From contig OZ316896.1 in assembly GCA_973895155.1 (NCBI GenBank), positions 18,774,754-18,838,753 of the forward strand: a DNA stretch of 64,000 bases, read 5' to 3'. A program made the translations under genes and the position numbers. Positions 51,521-64,000 of this stretch are shown one piece after another. Positions within the stretch are counted from its first letter, which is position 1. Each line of letters begins with the position of its first letter. The notes under the pieces are model-generated. The model had not been told where the DNA came from. It saw nothing but the letters and a program-made list of their open reading frames with translations, and did not search any database. Origin of the DNA: Marsupella aquatica. Lineage: Eukaryota > Plantae > Marchantiophyta.

Positions 51521-52697
51521 TGGGTAATCACACTGGCTGCATCAAGGGCGAGGCATGAAAAGTGAGGCCCCACACAGGATTGTGGGCGGAGGCGCCGGGC
51601 ACACAGTAAGGTCTTGCAGGGCAGACAGTAAGAACTTTCAGGTCGATCAAAAAACATCAAAAATACATTTTTTTTCAGCAAAGAGTGAGGAATTCTTCGC
51701 ACACAAACCACAATTGACAAACTTAAACCCTTGGTAGTTTCCCCCATTGATTTTCAAGGCATTATTGGCGATTTGTATCAGTTCATTTTTTTAAAATGAA
51801 GCCCAGATAGACCTCCTGCTGGACATTGTTGGACGTGCTCCAGTGTACCACATTTTGGTGATGCATGGGGGTTTTGAGCTCATCTTCAGTCTAAAACATA
51901 ATTTTTAATCTTTGACCTGCAAACACCTGCAAGACAACTGCTGTAGAGGAGGAGACCAAAAAAAAACACAAACCCTAATATGTCATATTACACAATGAAA
52001 ACTAATATAATGGAATGTATCCTTCTGCATTCACATGATGAATAACTCAACCAAGACAACCAAAAATGCAATTTTATTTTGATGGAAATGTAGCCTACCT
52101 ACTCCTCTAGTACATGGTCAAAACTAAAAAATATTTGAATTTATGAGTATTCAAGTTATTATAATTCCTTGGAATGGTTTATCTTTTATATAATTTTAAC
52201 CTTGAAAACCCCATGGGAAAAGGGAAAACAAGCAGCTCAAGAAAGTTATAATTAAAATCATATTTTGGTAAATGTGGTCCATGAGGGTTTCAAAAGACCT
52301 ACCTACTGGCCCATGGGAGATTTATTTCTCATTTTCCTCTTCTACTTTTATCAAAATTAGTATGGAGGTCTTTTAACCAAAGCATTAAGGACAACAATAG
52401 CCTCTCAAGCGCCATTCCTGGTGCAAATGAACTTGTGCACTTTGTAATGAGAGTTATAAGTGCCTTCCTCAAACAGGATAGTTTAAGCAAGCATACATAG
52501 ACCAGAAATCCAGTAAAGAAAACAACTACGGTGTAGAAGATATTGGCAGACAAGACTACCTCAGTTGCTAGTCATGGATTTCCGCACTTTCTGTTGGTGT
52601 CTAATTCTGTCATTTAAAATGGGATTCCATTGAGGTTCGTGGTCCACATTTGAATACCAGTATATCGCCACTTTGTCAGGCTCTTACTAGTCACGAA

Positions 52698-52954
52698 TCA
52701 CTCAGGACTGCTTTTCGACTGAACAAGCTAGACCCCTTTTAACTTGAACCGACTGGGATACAGAAACTGCATGTAAAACTTCTCACTCAGGACTGCTTTT
52801 CAACTGAACAACCTAGACCCCTTCAATTTGAACCGATTGGGATACAGAAACTGCATGTAAAACTTCTCACTCAGGACTGCTTTTCAACTGAACAACCTAG
52901 ACCCCGTTTAAATTGACCCGATTGGGATATAGCAACTGCACATAAAACTTCTCA
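52698..52954. repeat. Three tandem copies of an 84-85-bp unit in the HINT1 3' region
   Basis: tcactcaggactgcttttc.actgaacaa.ctagaccc...gggata.ag.aactgca..taaaacttc at 52698, 52783 and 52867. Confidence 0.85.
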
Positions 52955-52979
52955 AGGAATGCAGCCTTCAGATTCAAAA

Positions 52980-55939
<2,960 letters not shown>

Positions 55940-56106
55940 ACCTGTCAAATGCTTGCGCAGCACCCCAATTCGCTTCGCTGATGGGTCCCCAATTGCTCGC
56001 TCCCGAAGTCTCTGCCGTCCCTGGTCTGCTGATTCACTCAGCTATGCCTCAATCAGTCAGCCTGGACAGAATCTCAATGGCCTCGACTCCAGCCTCGATT
56101 CGATGA

Positions 56107-56457
56107 TCGATCGATCGATTTCTCTGCCAGTCACGTTCCTGGCTGTCCTCTCAGTCGGCAGGCGTGGAAATCACTAAGACGAGAGAGCTACCGCTGATGC
56201 TGAGAAGGCGAGAAGCACTATGGGCTTGCACCACAATTTCCACGGAAGAATTGTACCATTCTTCTATATGTACTAAGCATCGATCGATCGATTTCTCCGC
56301 CCCTCGCGTTCCTGGCTGTCCTCTCAGTCGGCTTAGAAATCTCTAAAGGAACGAGAGCAGATGCTGACGCTGAGAAGGCGAGAAGCGCTTCGTGTGCTTT
56401 CTAGTCATAAATTACAATTTCCACGAAAGGATTGTACCATTCTTCGGTACCTGTACT
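56107..56457. repeat. About 175-bp tandem duplication of the HINT1 upstream/leader region
   Basis: cgatcgatcgatttctc...cgttcctggctgtcctctcagtcggc...gctgagaaggcgagaagc...caatttccacg..ag.attgtaccattcttc at about 56107 and 56281. Confidence 0.8.
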
Positions 56458-56652
56458 GTACGTGTACTGGAGCTGAGGTTCTTTTGTTCGACGGAAGCGA
56501 AGCAATTCGACTGTCACAGAAAGCGGGATTGACGGGCCCACTTCGCAATTAGTGAGTCGGTCGAAGTTGTTGTCATTATCAATTAAAAACTATATCATCT
56601 GATCAGTACCCAAATAGGGGATTAAGGCGTGTCAAAGCAAATAGGGGATTAA

Positions 56653-56962
56653 GGGCTGTCTTGCATGTGCAAGAGTCCTGAAAAATACTACCCTTAGCAG
56701 CCCACAGATGCCGAGAAAAAATGTGGACCCAGGATCTAAACACAATCAAGAACGGCTTACATGTGAAGTGTTTATTCAGTCAGATCTACTGCCATTTTGT
56801 TTTATTCAAAGTTCAAAATTTGGGACCTCAAGGGCCGGAAAATTGCCCTTGTATATCCTCCAAAGACGCCATCAGGACTGCCGGCTTGTCGTTTCACTTA
56901 GAGATGCCATGGGTTCATTTGAGGGCCAAAAATTAAAGGACCTTGCACATGCAAAACGACCC
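56653..56962. mobile_element. Tourist-like (PIF/Harbinger) MITE, 310 bp, TAA TSD
   Basis: TIRs GGGCTGTCTTGCATGTGCAAG ... CTTGCACATGCAAAACGACCC. TAA at 56650-56652 and 56963-56965. The adjacent repeat unit shows the empty site. Confidence 0.85.
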
Positions 56963-57190
56963 TAAGGCGTGTTAAAGCAAAGCTGTAACCTTACATTACA
57001 CTTAAGGCTTACCATATAAAACGTTGTTATGGTCAGGACAAAATCACTATGGGCAACCACAAAAATGTACTCTATAAGGATGATACGTCCAAATAAATAA
57101 AGCTGTAACACTTTGGTTACGGGAGAACTTTGACACGCCCTATTGTCTATTTATTTATGAAGTGTTGTTTGGGTTCAAGATATCGCATTA

Positions 57191-57913
57191 GGGTATCTCA
57201 AAGGAGGGTCCTTAGTGAAAATTATAGATTTGTGGTACATCCTGTAATTCTCAAAGGAGGGTCATTAGTGAAAATTATGGATTTGTACGTGGTACATCCT
57301 GTAACTCTGAAAGAGGGTGATTAGAGAAAACTTTGTATTTGTGGTCCATCCTATAGCTCTGGTTAGGGAACCTAGCTAAGGAATTTTTAGAATGTGGGAG
57401 CTAGCATTGACCCGCCCCATAAGGAAGGAGTTCTGGTCTTGCATTTGTCTCATTGCATATCTCATTTTTCCATCATTCTTGATTAGCTGCCACCTTAAAT
57501 GCAGCATGCATCATCACATCAAGCGCAAATCCCACATGCCTTCAGTCACGTGGCTTTCCAAGGTTCCAGAGTCCTGGATATCTGCCTAAAGTTGGGGGAA
57601 AATTACAGGTTGAGTCTTGAGCCAACGGGCGTTTCTTGCAATAGCCAAAGATTGGCTCCCATAACTTTTACAAGAGTTCCTGTAATCCTTTGAGTTTTGG
57701 GAGGGCCTTATCTTGTTAAGGTCAGGCTTGAGACGTCCTACTAGGAAGGGCATCTCAAACCTTGAAGTCTGCAGAGGAAAACTTGGCCTGAAACCACCAA
57801 TTTTGGTCACCAGTCAGGAATGTGCAGACCCACTTCTTTGTGTCTGTCACTTTTATTCCAGAAATTTGCCTTTGACGGCTGTCGAAGGCAAAAAGAAGAG
57901 ATTTTAGATGCCC
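57191..57913. mobile_element. Cluster of degenerate Tourist-like MITE ends
   Basis: GGGTATCTCAAA (57191) pairs with TTGAGACGTCC (about 57738); GGGCATCTCAAA (57748) pairs with TTTAGATGCCC (57913). Same terminal family as 22464-22749. Confidence 0.45.
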
Positions 57914-59841
57914 TGGCTATTGTAACTCCTCGAGCCCAATCTCGGGTCCAACTACTAATCTTCTCTCCTGGTAGCCCTCAACGCCCATTATTTTTGTAAT
58001 GCACCCACGAGCTTGTTGAGCTCAGCAATGGACCTTGGGACAATGACACCAAGGACAATGGACCTTGGAACAATGACACCGTGGGACGATCACGTTGGTA
58101 CCACGTACCACTCAATTTGGAAGTAAACCAACATCCCCTAATGTGCATGCTCTTATTATGCTATTCTCTGAACCCCTAGCATACTTTAGAGGAAGTAGCA
58201 ATGGATCTTAGCTAATCGCAGGTCAAAGATGATTTGTGAGGGTTCTTAGAACATAGTCTCCCCTTGTGTATTCTTTTACAAACCTGCCATCCAGACCAGC
58301 TTTGGTCCCGTGGTTTTGGCCTTCAACCTGTATTTAGTCAGAATCATAATTTCTGGCTCACGATTTAGTTGGCAATGCTACACATAATATCCCAATTTGG
58401 TCAACTGGGAGCTCATGGCCGGTGGTGTAAGTTACCATGGTGGTGTTACCAACAACCACTCATAACCACCTTTATTAAGGTGCATTCTCAGGTATCAAGA
58501 CGGGTACGCGACATTCATGGTCATAATTTGTTTCACTATTTGATTAGCCAAGAATACCTCTCCTGTGCCCATTGAATTTATTGTTGTCCATGACACAAGG
58601 CTTATCCATGCTGGACAACATGTTCTCTGGAGGACAAAGGCTGACCATTGTTCATAACTAGACCCTCATATGTCAGGGAGACTTTACCAAAACTAATGTT
58701 ACACTAGAGGGAAAAACTGATAGGTGTTTACTACACATGATCTACAGGTCCATTTAGACATAATTCGAGCAAGGGAGAGGTCCTTTCAAAACCACCTTCA
58801 AAGGTGGTCTAACTTATGCCAAAACTACATAGGCATTTTGGGGGAACCACTTCAGCCCATGTAGTAATGAGGGAAGTCCCCGGGAAGTCCAGTACAAGTA
58901 ATCTGTCAATTTCACGTAGCCAAAGTGAAATTGTCACTTGATATGAACAGTTGTGAATTGACCTCTCAAATAATTGTTGTCCTGGCTCTCTTACTTGTAA
59001 AGGCCCCCTAAGTTCCTGAAACTCTTAATGATTATTCCAAATTATGTTTTGTAAAGTTAAGCTGTTCCTTAGATAACAGCTTGTAGTGGTACAACAAGAC
59101 TCCCATACCCTTCCTTTTGAATGAGAGATTGAAATAGATTCCTTCCATCAATGCACCACTCAACACAAATGGTGTGGGCATATAATTTTGTTACAGGGTA
59201 ATGAGTTTTCACCATATTAATTATGGTGTATATAGGGATTAGTCAAGAGTAAGACCACAGCAATTCTTGTGCATTCCTAAAAGTAATTGACTTTAATACA
59301 TGTTAGAAATGATAGATGTTCCCATTTCTCCATGATGGTTTTGCCCTGGGTGTAGTAATTATGCTATTGGGCATAAAGAAAAAGAAACATAAATGAAAAC
59401 AGAAATGAAATGAGCATGAAATGGTGTAAAGATGGTATAATAATACAAAAATAGAACTGATATAAACACGATGAAATGGTGTAAGCATGGTATAACCAAA
59501 CAAAAAGAGAAATGATATACCATAGGACTACCAGGTGTGATGCAGCCATGCAATGCACAAAAATCTAATATTTTTACCTTTTCAATGACATGGCAATGCC
59601 ATAAATAATCAATCTGTGTTTCCTTTTTTGACTTTGAAAACAATGGATACACTCAATACATTATTGTTTTACATCAAACTGCTTAAAGTGATACAATTTA
59701 TCAAAATTTTAGGTGATATCTGTTTTACACCAAACTGCACTTTAACAATTTTTCCAAGCTTCACTAATATCACCTAAAATGTTGTCACATGATTGATATT
59801 TACAATAAAATTATTCTTGCACAAAATTTACAGTTTTTTAA

Positions 59842-60227
59842 GAGCATCTTCAACCCAACTTGGTTTTGCTACTGTAACTGGGTACGTGTTGACCAAACCC
59901 AGGGAAGACCATCTAAAAATCCAGGTCCAACCCACTCACTCTAATGCTATCTGGATTTTATGAATGGCATTTTTTGGTTACTCTATCTGTAGATGGGAGA
60001 TATTATACACTAGTTGATTCCTTACTGGGTTCATTGCCGGGTTTTCTAGATCTCAATTTAAGGCTGTCAGATCTTGATACCTACTCTTTAGGAAAGATTA
60101 CCCTGTTAGGGTTGGGTTGCTTTTCAGTTGACCCCTAAGAGACTTACAGTGAACTAAATATAAGACACTATGAGAGTGGGTATTTAATCTACCCAATAAG
60201 CCAAACCCTATTGGGTTGGAGATGCCC
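59842..60227. mobile_element. Tourist-like MITE with TAA TSD; a longer degenerate copy follows at about 60400-61085 as part of a local duplication
   Basis: TIRs GAGCATCTTCAACCCAA ... TTGGGTTGGAGATGCCC, TAA on both sides. Internal and flanking sequence (59857-60400) recurs at 60400-61233. Confidence 0.8.
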
Positions 60228-61510
60228 TAAGGTAGGCTGATGAATTGGTGTAAACATGCTGTAACCAGTATAAAATAGCCTGGTTAGCAAAATGTACATA
60301 TGTAGGCATCAAATGTCACCATGGAGCTGTCAAGAGTGTTGTTCTCCACCTGGAGAGCCCCTTTGAGTGCATTGCTGGAAGCTCTGCTGGAAAGAAGCAA
60401 ACTTGGTTTTGCTACTGTAACTGGGTGTTGACCAACCCCAGTAAAGAAAATCTAAAAAGTTAAGTCCAACCCACTCACTCTAATGTGAACTGCATCTTGT
60501 AGCTTCCTCTGTTGTTCCCCCATCAAATCAATTTGCCTCACCAGCCATGTAAACTCAATTGATTGCCACAACCATGGTGGAACTGTTCAACACGAGTAAC
60601 AAGTCATTCCAGACCCTTGTTGAAAGTCAGAAAGACTTTTGCTATTTTGCTATCCCTGCCATTATTGTGCCCAATGGAACATTCATTGCTGCCAATTTCT
60701 CCCTTTCCTTTGCTCGGCAAAGGCTCGGGCAAATCTGGATCTCGCGAATGGGGTTTTTGGTTTTTGGATCTGTATATGGGAAAGATTATACACTAGTTGA
60801 TCCCTCAGTGGGTTCATTGCAGGGTTTCAAGATCTCAATTAACAGCTGACATATCTTGATACCTGTTGTTTATGGAGGATTACTTGGCTGCTTTTCAGTT
60901 GGCCCCTAAAGATGGCTGTCAGATCTTGATACCTGCTGTTTAGGGAGGATTACCCAGCTGCTTTTTCAGTTGGCCCCTAAAGATAAGTACAGTGAAGTAA
61001 ATACATTCAGTTGGCCCCTAAAAGATAAGTACAGTGAATTAAATACAAGACTCTGTCAGAGTGGGTATTTAATGTACCCACTAAGTTTTTACACCAGTGT
61101 AAACTAGTCTGGTTATCGTAATGTACATGTGTAGGCATCAAATGTCACCATGGTGCTGTCAAGAGTGTTGTTCTCCACCTGGAGAGCCCCCTTCGAGTGC
61201 AGTACTGGAAGCTCTGCTGGAAAGAAGCGAACATTCATAAACAGGAGCCGATGAGCTATGGTGGATGTGAATGATGGTTATACCCAACCCCACATTCTAC
61301 TTGGAAGCAGGGAATGTGCAAGATGGAAAGCAGAAATTTCTGGAGGTGAAGAATTCCAGAATGCCTTGAAGATGAATTGAGTGCTGTCGAAGGGGACGAA
61401 TTCGGGAAAATTCTTCGTCCCAGGGCTTTGGGACTTTGAGGCTGTGAGTTTGATGAGAATCATGCTCGATTGCCGAACAAAGGGATCAGACTAGAAGTGT
61501 TTCACCAGCA

Positions 61511-64000
61511 ATGGCTTCATCTTCTGCTGCCGCTGCCGCTGCCGCTGCGACTGCTACTGCTTCTATGGGTCGTCAGACAGGGGAGGAGGAAGAGAAAGCA
61601 GAGGAGCGGGCGTTTACTGGGCTCTTGTCGGATGACACACTGCTGCACGTGATGCGGGGTCTCTCCACACGCGAGCTGCTGTCGTCGCTGTCCTTCGTTT
61701 GCCATCGTTGGCGTCGTCTGTGTGCTTCCTTTTCGGTTTCTCTCTCTCCCTATTCATTCGTTCATTCTCCTTTTGGATGGCGCTCTTTGGATGTACTTCT
61801 TTGAACTTCTACCATCGTGCGGTGTAATATCTGGTCAGCTGCTCAAATTAGGGTTCCGATGACTCTTGCATGAAGGAGATTTATCTCAATTCTTCCTCCT
61901 TCATGAATTGTGCTTCACTGGCGCCGAGCTGCATTTGTGGTTTCTCCACCTTGGACAGTAAAACTTCATTCCTGCAGTCGCCCTGACATGCATTCCCAGC
62001 TGCATTTGTACTTTCTCCGACTCGGACTGTAAAATTGATTCATAAGAATGCAGTCTCTGACGGACAGTTCTGGGTGGGACAGATATGTCTCTGGCTATTG
62101 CTGTTGTCTCATTCTCCCATATATTTCCTCCGATGGTACCATTCGATTTCGAATCCTTCCATTTGCTCTCTGACGAAGGATCATGGCAGAGACTGTTTAT
62201 TCTGTGCTTTGTATTTGTTCCCATTGCTCGCTTGCGCCTGTGAAAGTCGCAACTTTTGTGTTCTCCTTCATTGGGAGCAGCCGGTGAGAACCACCTGCTT
62301 TTCAAGGGTGAACAATAGAGAGTACAATGTGGCTCGTGTATATCACTTCTAATGCATTGCCTCGAAAACGTAAGAAACCCCCTTTGACTCCCACTATAGG
62401 AGGCTGATAACATTCAAATCAGCTTTTGGGCACGTTGATGTGGGAGAGGTGAAAGTTTGGTCCTCAGGGTATGAATTGTATCCATTGCTGTCCAAGATGT
62501 AAAATCTTTGTGCTAGCATCAATGACATTGGACGTTGAGTTGAAGTGTAACGGACCGGCTATCTTATCATTTTCCCCACCCTTGTTGCACAGGTCTACGA
62601 ACTCGTGCCCTTCCCTCTCAACCCAAGTAAAAAGCCATGGGGCAACATGGTAAATTCTAAATCTCAGCTGTAATTTTTGGGTCGGAAAAAGTTTGTGTTG
62701 AAATGACGAACAGTTCTCCGTTTTGAACATCAGAAATTGGTCGGCTTGCAGCATACATTGTATTTGGCCAAATAGGTTCTTAGACCCGTCCTCAATGAGG
62801 ATATGCATGGGATTAGAGAGTTGGTGTTTTGATTTACTGCATTATACTTTTTACCAGATAATCAAACATGTACGTAGTTGACAGTCTCTCATCCCCTGGT
62901 ACAGCGATTTTCTTGGTATCCAGGGATTTCGCAAGTTTTGATAAGGTTGTCTTTTGCTTGCCAGCGCCGAAAGAGGTTGCTCGCACTGGCAGTTACCCAT
63001 GCTCCAACGCTGGAGAGGGTCCATCTATACGGGTCAGTCTTTTGTCCTTGTTTCGTCCCGCGAGGTAGAGAGTTTCCAGTCACGGATTTTAGCATTTGTC
63101 GTACGGAAGTAGAACGAACTTACATGTTTTTCCTTGGTTTCCTCCTTGGACTGTCTGTAATGCTGCGTTGGTTTTCACCGTGGATGTTTGCAGTTTAAAG
63201 CAGGTTAAAAGCAAGGAAGTCATTGCCCTTTGTCAGTCTCTGCCAAAGCTACAAGACCTTTCAATTATTTCATGTCCTGATTTTGAGACGACAGATCTGG
63301 AATTAGTTTCGAACCAACTGCCATTGCAGCTAATTAGCCTCGATATTCACATGGCTAGTCTGCTTGCTTTCCCGTGCAAAGCTAATGATAAGATCTTAGC
63401 AAGTATACATCAAAGATGCCCACTTCTGCAAAAGCTGGACCTTGATATGAGCAATGAAATCACCCGGGAAGGCCTAGATGGTTTATTGCAAACATGCCAG
63501 TCGCTGACATCTCTTGATCTGCAGAGCGACTTACTTGGCTGGCCTGAGGTTGTCCAAGTCTTTAAGTGTTGTAAATCTCTTCGCCACTTCTCCTTAGTTT
63601 CACCCCTTCTGATACCGAGTTCAGGCTCAAGTGATGACGATGAGAGCATGGATGGGTCCTCTGAGATTTATAGCAGAGGGAGAGCCTCAAAATATTGGTC
63701 GAGGAATGCGTCATATTTATCACCGGCGATCTCTCTTGGTGACGAGATGCCAAAACATTTGACATCAATTCGACTTTATTCAACTCCACGTCGTTCAGTT
63801 CCACCTGAGTTGCCTCCAATGTTTGAAATGCTTCGATCCAATGGACATCAGCTCCAGCAATTACATGCCCAAGGGTTGTTCAACACCAGTTGGCAGATGA
63901 TCTCAGTTTGGTGTGCCAATCTGAAGTTAGTGGACTTGACACATTACAGCCAAACCTCTCTCATCCTTACAGGGGTTGGTATCTGTCCCTCTCTTGAGTG
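61511..64000 (+). CDS. F-box/LRR-repeat protein, 5' part (continues beyond the right edge)
   Basis: F-box LLSDDTLLHVMRGLSTRELLSSLSFVCHRWRRL. A long exon from 63194, apparently open to the window end, has LRRs (LCQSLPKLQDLSIISC, IHQRCPLLQKLDLDM, LLQTCQSLTSLDLQS). Middle exons (about 62054-62135, 62593-62626) are uncertain. Confidence 0.85.

Overview
Eukaryotic nuclear DNA from a land plant. Gene style, intron structure and repeat content suggest a bryophyte, possibly a liverwort (inference). Most short ORFs in the supplied track are spurious; real genes are spliced. Genes reconstructed by hand: the 5' part of BTAF1/MOT1 (minus strand, runs off the left edge), mitochondrial Rieske Fe-S protein, plastid ribosomal protein uL5c, the GC1/SulA-like SDR39U1 epimerase, an intronless redox-regulated chloroplast FBPase, an S-protein-homolog (SPH)-like small secreted protein, HINT1, and the 5' part of an F-box/LRR gene (runs off the right edge). 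Repeats include a decayed Ty3/gypsy pol, a probable solo LTR, several Tourist-like MITEs and many local tandem duplications. The main finding is an apparently intact 4.8-kb Mutator-like element (44122-48940) with long TIRs. It carries a complete transposase split by a GC-AG intron. In the convergent 'mudrB' position it carries a gene for a protein with a hydrophobic N-terminal helix, a PSAP motif and a stand-alone RNase H1 N-terminal (caulimovirus viroplasmin-type) RNA/DNA-hybrid-binding domain, a candidate transposon accessory or anti-silencing factor. Second: the PTS2 peroxisomal signal of HINT1 lies upstream of the first in-frame AUG, pointing to non-AUG (AUU) initiation or a lost start codon.
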